From Monocercomonoides exilis PA203 (Eukaryota; Protista; Preaxostyla), in contig LSRY02000020.1 in NCBI GenBank assembly GCA_001643675.2, forward strand, positions 620,001 through 684,000: DNA of 64,000 bases, given 5' to 3'. The notes beneath the pieces were generated by a model that saw only the letters and a list, made by a program, of their open reading frames with translations, was not told the origin of the DNA and searched no databases. This document shows, piece after piece, positions 1 to 14,500 of the stretch. The first letter of the stretch is position 1; every line of letters starts with the position of its first letter. The position numbers were made by a program, and so were the translations under genes.

Positions 1-2338
1 CTCTTCCTTGTATGAGCCAGAAGATAAACTGCCACAAGCACCTCGCAGCTTATGATGGTATAGAAAAGATTGCGCCCCAACTTCGATTTTTTCCCATCGC
101 CTTCAGTGGCAGCAAGCAAACTGTTCAAAGACTTCTGAAGCTCTGCATTCTTTTCTTCCGTATCCTTTATAGCTTTGCTCATTTCATCCTCCACTGCGCT
201 GTTGAGAATCTTCATCTGTGAGTCCATCGACTTTCTCAATGACCCTCTTGTACCATCCAAAATGGCATCAACTGCAGTTTTAATCTCCTTATTTTTGGCT
301 TCAACTGAGCTGACGCACAACTTTGTAACTTTTTCCTCAAAAGCTTTGTAAGAAACAACTTTGTCTTTACTTTGAGCTGTCGTGTTTGGCGCAAACGTGT
401 TCGATGCAATAAACGAAGTAAGAGACGATGAAACTGCAGAGGAAATAGACGACTTCAGCTTAGCCGTGAGCTCTGCTTCCAGCGCTTTCTTCTTCTCCTC
501 GATCGTCTTCTTCAACATTTCAGCATTCTGAATGAACTGTGCTCTTGTCATCGCCACATTTGCTGTCTGTTGAGACTGAGGATTTTGAGACGATTGCGGC
601 GCTTGCTGCACCATTCTCTGAAGCAGCCTTTCTTTGTCAGCAATTGCACTCTCCAATGCATCTATCTTTTTCTGGAGAGCTGCAATTGAGCTGGCAGCAT
701 CATTCAGCGCTTTGTCGGAGGCTTCTGGCTTGGCGGGCTGAGTCTGAGGCGTCTGAGGTTGAGCTTGCTGTGGAGTGGGGGAAGATGGAGTTGATGTGGA
801 TTGTTGTTGAGGATTCTTCAATTCTTCTACTTGAGGACTTTGCGGTGCTTGTGAAGGTTGTGAGGGTTGTGTAGGTTGTGTAGGTTGGGAAGGTTGAGGA
901 TTTTGAGGTGTTTGGTCAGGCTTATTCGTTTGCGGCTGGGCAGAAGCCGGTGCAGCATCTGCTTGCGGTTGCTGCTGTGGTGGTTGTTGTGGTGGCTGAG
1001 TCTGCTGAGGAGCTTCTTCATGAGGCGCAGCTGCTGGTTGAGATGAGTTTTGTTGTGAGCTTTGCCCCTTTGTGATTGATAATAAAAGAAGAGAAATAGA
1101 CAAATGAACATAATTCAGTTAAAAAAATGAATTTGTGAGTAATAATTTCTGTACAATGAGATCAAGTCAACAAACCAATGAAGAGCGTATGGGGGTATTC
1201 CAGTTGAGCAGAGGAAAGCCTCTGAGCTTGCTTTCTTTGGGATTTTCTGCAGACAGATCATCAGCTTTTGTTGGCACAGCATCTGTTCTTTTGGGGATGT
1301 GATGGATCACTTCAGTCACATAAGCTTGGTTGATCTCATGGACATCAGTAACATCTCCCGTTGCTGCTGTGAAGCCAAAGTGATACCCTGTTGGGAGCTC
1401 AATTTCATGCACAATCATGACAGTTTGAAAGGCTGTTGACTTCAGTTGGATTAGAGGATTAACGACTCCCAATTGTTCTGAAATATTATCTCCAACACCT
1501 TGTTCCCAATCTGAAGGAATCTTCACTCCTGATCCTCGCATCCCATTGTCTATTTGGACCATCAGAGTTTTGTTTTCGTACACAACTCTGGCACGTGCTG
1601 CTGTACCTGGATTTCTGAACTGGCATTGGCCTCCTCCAAGCAGTTGAGTAATTCCATCATTGTCATGATCATATGAAAGAGTTCCGTCATTTACGATAGC
1701 CTAAAGAAGTTTTATGAAAACTGAGATTAAAAATATTGAAACATACCAATATATACGGATTATTTCTTTATTTTCAAAATTTTAATTACAATGCAAAGAA
1801 AAATTGAAAAGAATCAAAAGAAGCCTATAAAAAAATACCCTCTGTGATCGTTATCATATGTATCAAATATAACGCTGAGTCCCTTCCATTTATCCTGTGA
1901 ACCATATACGCTTCCTGGGCTATTTGGCTTTTCAACATACCAGAATGCCATTCCGTCTGAAAACATTTGGTAAAATGTCAAAAACTTTCTGAAATACTTA
2001 ATTAATAATATGCAAACCGCCTCCGCTGCGACTTCCTTGACCAATCTGAATTAAAAAGAATTGATAAAAAATGAGAAAAAAAGAAAACATACAAAGAACT
2101 CAAAGTTCATTTCCCAATTCTGAAGATTATTTGGTATATTATGCCAAACACTTCCATATTTCCCTTTATCAAGCGGTGTAAGTCTGATATTTTTCTCTGA
2201 AATTGTTGCTGAACCACCAATTATCCAATCATCTGTTCCATCATCCAGATTTTGAAGATATGGAGGCTTTAATTGGGGATGTGGTTGAGTGAAACAATGA
2301 ACACAAAATAGACCAACGAAAAATGAAAAAAGTAGCAT
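1..2338 (-). CDS. LMAN1: ERGIC-53/LMAN1-like L-type lectin cargo receptor (multi-exon, C-terminus runs off window)
   Basis: Signal peptide MLLFSFFVGLFCVHC at 2338. Legume-lectin motifs across spliced exons: IRLTP..KYGSVW, GGDGMAFWY, GSQDKWKGLSVIFDTYDND, GFTAATGDVTDVHEI. The last exon (about 1068 to 1, absent from the ORF track) reads as a Q/P-rich linker, a coiled coil and a TM segment NLFYTIISCEVLVAVYLL. The long stalk favours ERGIC-53 over VIP36. Confidence 0.85.
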
Positions 2339-2480
2339 TGGATAATTGTTTTCAAATAAATTGGTTTGATCTACCCCATGATTCTTGAAATAAATTTCTT
2401 CATCAAAAATTTGAGTTGAAATAAACAAAATTTTATTGTCATTTCAAAATTGTGAATTATTATAAAATGACGAACTATAT

Positions 2481-5400
2481 TTAAAAACAACAAATTGAAT
2501 TAACCAAAAGAATACTTATCTTTTTTAAAAATACATAAAAATGAAATAAACAAAAATAAATTATATAAAGAAAACTCTCAAACGTGAAAGTGGAAAATCT
2601 GTTGGAATAACGAACGAAGTTAAAGACATAAATGACCATCCAACAAATGTGAGAGAAGAGAGAGCAGCGTGTGTTGACAGAGCAGCAGCGAATGGAACAG
2701 TTTGACGTTTGCAGTCAACAGGAAGAATGGAACGCTTTAATGGATAGTTTTTATTAACAAGAATGAATGAAGAAAGAGAAGGTAGCAAAAACGCAATCGC
2801 GCTCAAATGTGGGAGAAGAGGCAAAGCTTCAAACGAAGCAATGGCTGCTTCAGAATCGCAATGTGAGGAGGAGGAGGATGAAGAAGAAGAAGAAGAAGAA
2901 GAAGATGATGATGATGCTCTGTACTCATTTGGATTAATAAGCAAAGTAAGACTTGTAATCGAAGGAAGCATTTGAGATAAAACAGAAGAAGAAGAAGACG
3001 ATGAATGAATATGACTGGCAAAAAGGGTGTCGAAAAGTGATAAGTCAAGAGACAGATGAGTTAAATGAGGGAAAGATGGAGCTGAAGGCAAATCAGCATG
3101 CTCATTTAAAGGAGAAGAAGAGAAATTCATTAAACCACCAGAAATATGAAGTTTTTCAACAGTTTTTGGGATGGAATCAACTAAAGAAGAGAGCAAATTT
3201 CGCATTTTGGCCTCGTCTGGCTGTTCTGATAGAGGATCAGGCTTCAAAGTGAGTGCCAGCTCGCTCAGAGACTGAAGAGAAGACAAGAATGTGACAAGCC
3301 CATTCAAACAGTCAGAATCACTGCTAATAAATACATCGGTGCGCAAACACTGGAGATGAGTGGTTGGTAGTGCCAAAGAAGATTCAGAAGAAGATTCAGA
3401 AGAAGAACTCCAGAAGTATCGACAGTCAAGCCCTGATATATCCAAATGTGACAGAGAAGGATAAGCTGCAAGCATCCGACGAAGCTCACGCTGAATGTGC
3501 TGCTGCTGCCCTTCTTCTCTGTTTTTCCTCAGCCACCCCGCAAACGAGCGATGGAGGCTCAAAAAGCGAATCTCAGGAAACTTCTCATTAAGACACACAG
3601 CATAATCTTCTATCTTTGTTTCATTGTTCCCTTCAAACAATGCACAATTCGACACGTCCAGATAAGTCAATCTCATTGAAGTTGGCTTTGGCATATCCTC
3701 ATTTGCTGAATCAGCACGTTTTGCTTTGTCCACCCACAGCCACTCATTCCCATGGACATTCGGACAGTTTCTGAGAATAAGCGAATTGAGCGAGCATTTC
3801 TTGGCATTAGCAGCAACAGCAGTAGCAGCAGCTAAAGAACAAGAAGAATTCTGCTCTTTCATTTCTGACGGACTCATCACTCCAAGCAGACTGCAAACGC
3901 CTTCATCGTCAATCCCATCGCAATTGGCACACTCAAAGCACAAAAGCGAGGGCAGTGTGTATGCAATGAATGTCAGCATCTCATTGTTGAGTGACTGAGA
4001 CAAGGGAGGGTACACAAACACCGCCTCGCCATTTGAACCAGAGCTGCTCAATGTGCTTCGCTTGAGCGGGTAGCAAAGCGACAGCCGCGTCAGCTGCGCC
4101 GGCAAGAACGAGGACAGCAGGAACGACAAAGAAGGAGGAGGGATCACGCTGACAGCGTTGAAGGCAAGAGAAGAGAGCCGGGGAAGGTATTGTGGCACAG
4201 GGCTTGTGCGTGGCTCTGGAGGGTGGAACATGTGGCTCGGCAGGCCATCCAGAGACGACTCCTTCACACGCGCCTCAGCAAACACAATCTTCTTCGCCAC
4301 AAATCCTCCATCTGCTTCACATTTTTCACTCTCATTTGAACTGGCTGCGCTGCTTTCGCTAGACGAGTCGTCGGCTTCGTGCTCTTTCTCCACAAGTGGC
4401 TCGTAGTCATCGTCAGCTGCACTTGTTGAAGATGAAGCTGAATCCAATGCATGTGCAATGGCTTCTTTCACTCTGTCTTTCTGCTTCTCCTCTTCATCAT
4501 CACCCACCCCATCGCATTCCATTCCTTGAAACGACGCAAAATCACACGGCATCAACACATCATCTTCGCCAAACAAATCATCTTCCTCATTTTCATCGCT
4601 TTCCTCTTCTTTTTCCTCCTTTTCTCCTTCTTCTTTTACCTCATTCATCCCAAGTTTCTGCTTCTTCTCTCTCCACCCCTCATAAGAAACACATCTAACA
4701 GCCTCATCAAAGCCACACGCAGCGCCCACAAACAACGGAAACACCGATGCCGGCAGCAAATACCTCTCATGTTTCACTGCCTCTTCACTCTGCTGTGTGG
4801 GGCTGTCTGCCTCGTCCCACAGCACCGCATTCTCCGCCGTCTGTGCAGAAAACGCGATGTCTGAGAGAGACTCGCGCTGGGCATCGAACAGAGTGGAGAG
4901 GAGGGAGCTGTCGGGAGAGAAAGGATAGGCAGGGAGAGCGATGGAGCGGAGGGTGTTGTGCGGGAGAATGGCGAAGGAGAAGAGAAGAGTCAGCATGGAG
5001 TCCACTTCTTCTTCCACTGGTGTGGCTTCGGGGAGTGGGGAATGAGGTGATGGGCGGAGAGGGAAGAATAAACGGGGAAGTAGAAGACTAAGAAAACAAT
5101 TAGAAATATCCAAAATGGAACAGAAATAAATGAAAAGGAACAAAATGAGTATAATTTACGAAAGAATGATAGCAAACTTAACAATATTCGGGCAAAGCTT
5201 CATCGTCGAAATGAGCGAAGATTCGTCAAATCCCTTCATAGCATCTGTGAACAAGCTCTGCTGAACAGGGCACGCCTTCGAGTCAGACTGCTCTGGCACT
5301 TCAGAACAGGACTCGTCAACTGCAGACGGTGCAACCGCAACACGAGACTTCAAAAAGGACTGGATGTCGAAGGTGTTCCACTCGATGATGTGGGAATTAG

Positions 5401-7095
5401 AGGAAGAGGAAGAGGACGAGGACGAAGAGGAAGATGATGATGAAGAATCATTCAGAACCGTCACCTCAACACCAGCCTTCTGATCTCCGCCTGCTTTGAA
5501 CTGCTGAGTGGACTGGGTAGTCATCCCCATCGCCGTTGCCATCGCTGTCGTCATCATCATCCTCATTCTCCACTCTCTCCTCACTCCACTCAGTGCGATG
5601 AGGTCTCTGTGCAATGTGTGCGTGGTGCTGCTGAGCGAAGTGCGGGAGACGCCCCGGCAGTTCTGAGGGGACAGGCCAGACGAGAGGAAGGAGACGATGC
5701 GGTGGAAGATGGCTGGGTTGGAGAAGGCAGAGGAGATGGAAGATGATGAGGATGGAATTGATAAAGGTGAGGAGGAAGAAGAAGAAGAAGCAGAGGGAGA
5801 AGAAGAAGAAGCCGAATTATCGGAAAGATGAGACAACTGTGAAGCGCGAGAAGACAGAGATGAATAAAGTGTGGTTCTAAATGGATCGAACTGAGCAAGC
5901 TGATGCATCGACCGATCAAAATCCATAGAACTGCCAGAATCAAACAGGCCTTTGTCCAAATTGTGTGTCTGGAAAGAAGGAACAAATGTTTCCGCTATTT
6001 GAGACGCACCGCTGTCGATTGCAGGAGAAAAGAGAGCAAGCAATAGAAGTGGCCCTGCACACGTTTTGTTGTTTCATAAAAATAGGTGTTCATTTTTTTT
6101 CCGAAGAAATATTTCAAATATAAAAATTTAATGTCAAATAGAAATAATTAAAAACGAACAATTAAAAAAAGGTAAATACATTTTCGTTCACTCATATCCA
6201 ATCTGCACCAATCCAAAATATCGTTGCACAATCTTCGCAAGTGCACCAAAAATGACGAAGAGCCAAATGAAGCAAGAAAAAGCGCAAAACGCCACAGAGA
6301 TTCTGAAGAAGGCAGTAACCTTGCCATTCTTGATACAAATGCAAATTCTGTTTTATCAATAACAAAGTAATAATCAATTTTGAAATTTCAAAAGGCGATC
6401 TTTTTAGCAAACCAGAAAGAAGTTCGATCGTAAGCTGTTCAACAGATATGTTTTTCCAGTGTTGTGCTAAAAGAACAGAACGGTAGTGCAAAGCACTGTA
6501 GTTTCCAGGATCTTTTTGACGAAACTCTTCAGTAAAATTCATCTCATCTTCGAATGAAGCTTTTGTGAGAAGACTTAACCATTTTCGATGATTCCAACAA
6601 TGAAAATTTCTTCCATCCAAATCCAACAGCATGGAGCAAAGATGGTATTCCTTTTTCATTATTCTTTGAATGATTTGTGTTGTTGTTTCATCTGAATACG
6701 AAAGAAGGTCTTGCAACAGAAATCGACGATACTCCCAATGACAATATATTTTTGGATTTCTTGTGATTGCCTTAAGAGTAAAATCCAATTCTCCTTGAAT
6801 TTTTGTTGTAATTTCAAGATTTGAAAGACCTTCTTTCAATGTGATAAAAGATTCTCTGCGAAGATTCCAAGCTGTAACACAATCAGAAGCTATTTGAAGT
6901 ATTTCAGCGGTTTCTTTCATCGATTCTTCTGCTGAAAGCTCATTGTTACGCCTCTAAAAAGAGGAATTCATAAAAAAGAAAAAATTATTTTCTACAACAC
7001 ACCTTATTGAGAAATTCATGATATTTCTTAATAAATTCAGGATTGGATTCTGGCTTTATTCCTTTCAAGGAAGCTCTTTTAATTTTGTGAAACAT
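2481..7095 (-). CDS. RABGGTA: Rab geranylgeranyltransferase alpha subunit fused to F-box-like and LRR domains
   Basis: Start MFHKIKR at 7095. PPTA repeats TAWNLRR, NPKIYCHWEYRR, DGRNFHCWNHR, NYSALHYRS. A splice restores ERKWPLLL..QLAQFDPFR (RabGGTA C-terminal helix) in the same frame as NPAIFHRIVSFL..DLIALSGVRREWR, followed by Cys-containing LRRs in ORF 2561..5143. The 3' end is 2561 or, if there is a final intron, 2481. Confidence 0.75.
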
Positions 7096-7521
7096 TCAGT
7101 TGGAACCTTGCAATCCCTTCTGTTTGTTTTTTCTTTGATCTTTACATACTTTACTTTGTTAAGATTCAATTTTGCAAAAATAAAACGTTTTTCAAAAATA
7201 ATACTTTTCGTTTTTTTCTTACCAATACACTTCAATTTATCATATCGAATTTTGGTTTACAAAATCAAAAGATTTCAATCAAAAACCATTTTGAGCGATG
7301 CCAAATATCATAAACTTCTTCAAACAACATGATTCGTCTTTCAAATAACAAAGCGAGCGCAATAACCCGATCAAAATCTTATTTATGAAAGAAATTGTCT
7401 GGAAAATTTGTATAAAATATTCTATCCTTCAAATGATTTGAAAAAGAAGTTCAGAACATAATTCTCAACAACCTTCTCAAGTGTGAAAGTGTTTTGTATG
7501 CTCATTCCTGTAATGTTTGAA

Positions 7522-8143
7522 TTATGCGCGTGGTCTTGAACCTGCTTCTGCACGTCTGTATCCACCATCACGACGTTGTCCATCGTCTTGACGTTTCTGA
7601 AAGTGAATTGTTCATTAAAACACGTTAAACTTACGTGAAATAGAAGAATAAAAAATTAATCAAACAAATGATGGTTTGAAATCTCCAGAATCCTTCTTGT
7701 ATCCATCGCGACGGAATCCTTCACGATCTCCAAATCTGCGTGCTCTTCTCTCATCATCAAATGGTCTGGTGAATGCTTGTTTTGTTGGCTTCAATGTTGC
7801 TGGGATGACGTTTTCGTCGATGTGAAGATATTCACGAAGGTATACAATACCTTCATCAGTCAAAGTCCAATAATAAATCTGCCAGTTGAAGGTTTCTTTC
7901 ACATATTTGCGAGTGACCAACGACTGCATCATTTTAATGACTTGAATGTTGGGGATGGAAGGGAGAACAATGTTCTTTTTTGCGAAGAACTCCTTCTTTG
8001 CCAGGCAAACACCCTCTGATTTTATTTTGTAGAAAACGGTCGTTAAATTTATTAAAGCATCCTTCAAATGATAATAAAATAAAAAACAAACCTTTGAACA
8101 GGTAACGCAAAATTTTGATACGGTTGGCAGTTGGAATGAGCAT
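7522..8143 (-). CDS. RPS10: 40S ribosomal protein S10 (eS10), 3 exons
   Basis: MLIPTANRIKILRYLFK|EGVCLAKK..IPNIQVIKMMQSL..YVKETFNWQIYYWTLTDEGIVYLREYLH..PATLK. Last exon KRQDDGQRRDGGYRRAEAGSRPRA*. Confidence 0.97.
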
Positions 8144-8525
8144 GATAAATGTTCCTAAAGATGTATGTTTTACACCCCTTAAATTGAATTTACACAAAAA
8201 TAAGGGTGCATTTTTTTCAAAAAATAGAAATTTAAGCCACAAAGTTTGAAATGAACACGCTATATAAAGTTATTATTATACATTGATGTTTCACTTAAAA
8301 TGTGCACATATTCACAAAACTGGTTTTTTAAAAAAATATTTGTTAATTATAACATCTTTCCAATCGTAATTTTGATTATTTTTTCCATAGAGAATAATAC
8401 TGATATACTATTGAGCAAAAAATAATTATTCGATGAATTGTTTTTTTCTGATTTAAATATTACAAAAAAACGAATAATTTTCCGTTAGATCAAACAGTTT
8501 TATTTCAAATATATTTTGTGCTTGA

Positions 8526-11500
8526 ATGATTAATTCAGGGGCAGAACCGTATATCAAGATCGGAGAGCCCCAAGAAAAAGCAAATTTACCAGAGGTCTCT
8601 CCGCCAGAAGTGCTTGAGCACATCTCAACGGATTTAGTTCCTTCTTTTATTGCTTTGAAGCACTGGCCTGAAAATGTGCGTAAAGAATTTCTTGATCAAC
8701 TTTACAAATCCATGGTTTGAAAATATTTTGAACAAATTTAAAATATAGCCTATTTTATGTTTAACATTTATTGAATTTGTGGTTTATTTTTGATTTAATG
8801 GACTTTTAGTCAAATTTAACTGAAATAGCAAACAGAATTGAAGGAAGAACACTTCTTTTTATTCCTCGTGAAAATGTTTCAAACATTGAAAAAGCTACTT
8901 TAGATAAGGATCTTATTCAAAGATTGGAAACTTGCTTAATTCATTGGACAAGACAGATAAAGGAAGTTGTCAGCGAAAGTCGTGATACGTCTGATACATT
9001 AGAAGGCCCTCTTGACGAAATATCTTTTTGGGAATCGAGAGATAATGATCTGTCAGGAATTGGAAAACAACTTAAATCTGATCTTCTTCTTCGAATTCAA
9101 GACGTTCTTCGTGCATCTAAATCTCAATATTTGAGAGCATTTGAAGATCTTTCACAAGAAATTCATAGAACACTTTCTGAAACGAAAAATAATCTTCTAT
9201 ATTTAAATTTCCTTAAAGCTCCATGCGAAGCATTGGCAAAGGCTGTACCAACTGAAATACCTGCAGTCATCCCACAAATACTTCCTTTAATTGTTTTTAT
9301 ATGGAAGAAATCGGATACATATCGCTCGCGTCTTGGTGTTTTGCTTCCAAAGGTTTGTCATTGAATTCAAAAACAGTTGACATTTGAATTATTAAAAATT
9401 TTTTATTTATAAAAACTTATCGAATTTCATAGATAAGCAACGAAATAATCCGCCGATGCTCTGCAGTTATCCACTTCGAAGACATCTTCAACGGTCACGT
9501 GTCTCAGGTGATAGAAGCATTGATTGAGTCCATAAAAGCAGGGCTCTGCTGGCAGCAGTCTATCCAGAAGATGCTTGACCACGTGAAGTATCTGAAGGCA
9601 GACCCCGAATACAGAGACATCGAATGGACTGTGGATGAGAAGACAATGTTTGCTCAGCTCGTAGCGTTTATCCAGCGATGCAAGTGTGCTTTTATTTTTT
9701 GTTTTTGTGAGTTCTTTATACTCGTTAATCATGACTTCTTCTTATAAATATGTTTTTATTTTCTTCCTTGCATCTTCACTTTATCGTACTGCTATTTGTT
9801 CATTCTAACAACCATTTACTAACTTTCTTTCTTTCTTCTCTCAACAGAGAAATCCTCGATGTCTGTGCTGCCCAGGTGCAGTTTGGCATTCAGCTCTCCA
9901 CCAAAACGCCTTTGTTCAGCGGGCCGCACGGAATGGCGCTTGAAAGGAGCTTCAACGACATCCAGGCGAAGTTCATGAGATACATCGGCGGGCTGAAGAA
10001 CCTCTCATACTCTGTTCTGGACGTCAGGGAGACACGCTGGCACGAAGACTACTCAATCTTGAAGGACAGCATCGGAGATCTCGAGGCAATGCTTACGTTT
10101 GAATATTTATTTATATTTAAAAAAAAATTGAAATTAAATTCTTTTCAATTTATATGTGATTTTTAACTTTTTTGCTGTTTTCTCTTTTGTTTCTCGCATT
10201 TTTTGTAGCACAACCATTGCCACCGGCTTCTCCTATGCTTCGTCGGTACAGCAAGCCCTCGATCTCTACAAGTCCCTGCGCCGCATCGCAGTCAGGGAGC
10301 ACATCCGCCTGGCCGTCGACCGCTACCGTGCACAGATCTGGCACATCTTCCTGTCTGATGTGAAGAACATCCAAACAGAGTTCGAGAAGCTCAAGGCGTC
10401 GCCGCCCATCCCACAGAGCTGGCCACAATATGGTGGTGCTGCTGTGTGGGCGAACTCGCTCATGGAGCGCATCAACGCGAACCAGACGCTGCTGGAGAAG
10501 AGCGGGCTGGAGTTTGTGTCTGAGGAGGAGAAAGAGGAAGGGCTGAAGCAGGTGGAGATGCTGCTGAACGTGATCATCCTTTACATCAAGACAAACTTCT
10601 CCAAGTGGCTGGCCGAGTGTATCGAAGGAAAAGATTTTGAAGATTACAAGAAGAACTTCTTATTTGCACGTATTCCAGGCACCAGCCTCCTCCGCAGCAA
10701 CTTCGACCCAGCCCTGTCTCGCCTGTTTGCTGAGGTGTTCTTCTGGCAGAAGCTGCCGACGATTGCGCAGATCCCACCGAACGTGATCGACTTCGTGTTG
10801 GAGGAGGAGATGGAGCTGAAGCTGTACCAGCAGACGATCCTGCTTGTGGTGCGTGACTACAACCAGATCATCCTGTCGCTGCCTGTCGCACACAAAGAAA
10901 TATTCAAGCTCCATCTGAAGCAGCTCGACGCAACATTCGCAAAGGGAATGAAGAACATGCGCTGGCAGTCAGCGAACCTGCTGGGGTATGCTGGTAAGTG
11001 CAGATCGATGTGTTCTGAAGTGATGAAGACTATCAACGACTTCAAGGCAGCACACAGAAAGATTGTGGAGCAGACACTTATTCCACTTTCGAAGATTCCT
11101 CTCATCTTCATTGACCCACGCCATTGCTACCGGTACGATGAATTCTCTCAGACACAAGGGCTTTGGCGCAGCAAGATGAAGCTGAAGATCACGAGCATGT
11201 CGCACGAGATCAACGACATCCTGCGAGAAGCGTATCTTCCTTTCAGAGACGAGAGCGACCCATCCATCCAGCGACATTGGGACACTTACTTATCCAGGCT
11301 GGATGGGATGATACTCGAAGCTCTGTTCCTTTCAGTGAAGCGGTCACTGAATGACATTCTTGTGGCACTGGTGGGAGACAGCAAGACAGAGCTGATGCCG
11401 CTGTTTGTGGTGGAGGCGATTCTCGCTGGGCAGAAGACGGATTGGAACCCGCCCATCAAGAATTTGAAGAAGATGGTGAATGAAGTTAGAGAAGAGGCAA

Positions 11501-14500
11501 TGCTATCTGCACAATCATTCCCCAAAGTGCTCAACAAGAACAGGAGGAGAAAGATTGGCTTTGAAGATGCGCACCGAGACGAAGACGATGAGGAAGGTGA
11601 AGAAGGAAGACAAGGAGGAAATGGAGAAGAACAGATGCGTGGAGATGAAGAGACTATTGGAGGATCTGTTGGCAGTGGAGGTGGAGCTGCTCAGTCTACA
11701 TATGACAGGTACTCAACAGGCAGCAACGACGAGCAGACAGCTGAAGGCGACCAGACACAGCTGCAGCAGGAAGAGAAGTCGTTCTATGAAGAGATTAGAG
11801 CTAATCCTGAAGTGAGGGAGATTGGAAGAGCCATTCAAGAGGCGTTCAAGCCGATGGTTGTGAATCTGAGGAAGTTCCAGCAGGAGTATCAGTCTGTGAT
11901 GGTCTCGTTCCAACTGGACAAAGATCCGAAGGACGCTTTCTATGAGACTTACACAGAGTTCCCGAAATTGACCACATTTGAACACGATATCAACACATGG
12001 AGAGAAAGAGAAAGAGCAATCATGGCAAAGGAGCCATCTCAGAACATTGGATTCATCAGAGTTGACGCTGTTCCACTGAAGGATGCTCTGATCGAGCACT
12101 GCAAGCAGAGGCAAGAGCTGTATGTTTCTATTCTGAACAAAGAGGCATCAACCACACTGCACGGCATCTACAACACAATCGACGCAACAATCCAAAAGAT
12201 GTCGAAGACACCGAAGACTTTGGACGAGCTGAAGGCGCTCGACCAGCTTGTGAAGGACTCGCGCGACCAGCTGTCGCAGATTGAGGCTAAATTTGATCCG
12301 CTCCAGAAGCAGTACGAGCTGCTGGAGCGGTGCTCAGACATATCGCAAGTGCCTGACCAGGACACACTGCTTCTCTTGCAGCTCAACACGAAGTTCCAGG
12401 GATACATTCAGTTCATTGGGCATGCTGAGAGCAGGATGGCTGAGCTCAAAGTACAGAAGAAGAAAGAGCTGCAGCAGTCTCTTGATCAACTTGCTGCTGA
12501 CATCACAGCTACACGCAAGCGCTTCTTGGCAACTGCACCGTTCTCTGACCACTTCACCATCGACCAGGCGGAGCAGCTGCTTGAAGGGTTCAGACAGGAC
12601 ATCAATGCACATCAGGAAGAGGAGAAGAGGCTGCTTGTGGGAATTGAGCTGTTTGGGCTGGAGCAGCGTGTATACAGCGATTTGACAGCGATGCGGAAGG
12701 ACCTGGCTGATTTAACGTATTTGTGGGGAATGAAGAAAGAGTGGCAGTCGCTTTGGGACGGCTGGAAGACAGGCAAGTTCAGAGAGCTGAATGTGAAGCA
12801 GCTGGACGACAAAGCCAGACAAGTCACCACAGAGCTGCTGAAGAGGAAGACAGACTGCGGACACATTGACGTGTGGAAGGCACTGAAAAACACAGTTGAT
12901 TCGTTCAAGACGTCACTTCCACTGATCACTCATCTGAGGAACGAGGCAATGAGGGAGAGACATTGGGACAAGCTGAAGTCGGAGACGAAGCCGTTTGATC
13001 ACGAAGCAGATGACTTCACATTGGAGAAAGTGTTTGAGCTTAGATTGCAGGAGCATATTGAGCTGATCCAGCAGATAGCAGCACAAGCCACAGAAGAAGC
13101 AGTGATTGAGAAGAAGATCGAAGAAGTGACAGAGTTCTGGAATGCAGAGGAGTACATCCTGCTGCCTTACAAGCAGATCATGAGGATTGGGACAGTAGAA
13201 GAGATTGAGCAGCAAATTGATGACCATTTGATGGAATTAGCATCAATGAAAGGATCACGTTATGTAGCGACGTTTGTGGTTGAGTTGGAGAAGTGGGAAA
13301 GGCTGCTCACACAAATGCAGGCAACAACAGAAAAGCTTATTTTGGCACAAAAGGAATGGCTGTATCTCGAATCAATCTTTGGAGCAAGCGAAGATATGCG
13401 AAGACAGATGGCGAAGGAAGCCAGAGAGTTCACAGCTGTCAACAACGAATGGGAGAAAATCATGAAAGGAATACAAAACAACAAGATTATCCTTCACACA
13501 GCACAAACCCCCAACATCATCAGCAAGTGCATAGATGTCCAGAAGAAGCTTGAGTCGATCAAGAACAGCCTCAACAAATTCTTGGAAGACAAGCGTATGC
13601 TCTTCCCACGTTTCTACTTCTTATCAGATGATGACTTGCTGAAGATTCTTGGCCATGCAAGAGACCCACAAGCTGTCAGACCACATCTGAAGAAGTGCTT
13701 CTGCTCATTGAACGATCTGTACTTTGCATCTGAAAGGAAGGCAACTCGTATGTATTCTTTGGAGGGTGAGGAAATTCCGCTAGTGAGACCTTTGACAACC
13801 TCAGGCGCTGTTGAAGCTTGGCTGTCTGACTTGGAGCAAATCATGTGCGACACAATCAGAACAGAAATATTGCGCTGTCACGATGATGTTATGAAAATCG
13901 GTAAAAGAAAAGAATGGATCATGGCACACAAGCTGCAGATGCTTATTGCTGCTGGGCAGATCCTATGGACTGCACAGATTGAGCACGTTCTCACAAACTC
14001 CAAGCAGGTGAAGAGAGACATCAAACAACTTCGTATTCAGCAGCAGCTTTTGCTGAACTTGCTGACAAAGATGATTTCAACTGAAAGACTCACTCCACTC
14101 GATCGACTGAAGCTGGTTTCACTCATCACCATCGAAGATCACGCCCGTGAAGTGCTGCGCGAAATCGCCCATTCACACTGCTCATCCGCAAATGACTTCT
14201 TGTGGAAGCAGCAATTGCGTTATTACCGACGCTCTATTGCACTGGGTGGAGAAAAGAATGGCGATGCAATGGGACAGACTGGAAATGCAACAGCTGGAGG
14301 CAACCCAGCCAGCAACACACAAGCAGCAGCTGCTCTTTCTGCACAGAAGGAAGAGCACGTTATGATTGAGCAGACAAACTGGACAACTCGTTATGGATAC
14401 GAATACCTGGGATGCACAGATCGTCTTGTTATCACTCCTCTGACTGATCGTTGCTATATTACACTGGTCACAGCAATGTACTTGAAGCTCGGAGGTAATC

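Noticed and set aside
8173-8210. CACCCCTTA / TAAGGGTG near-dyad upstream of RPS10 as a telo-box-like element
   Set aside because: Short, imperfect and seen once. Other ribosomal protein promoters are needed to support it.
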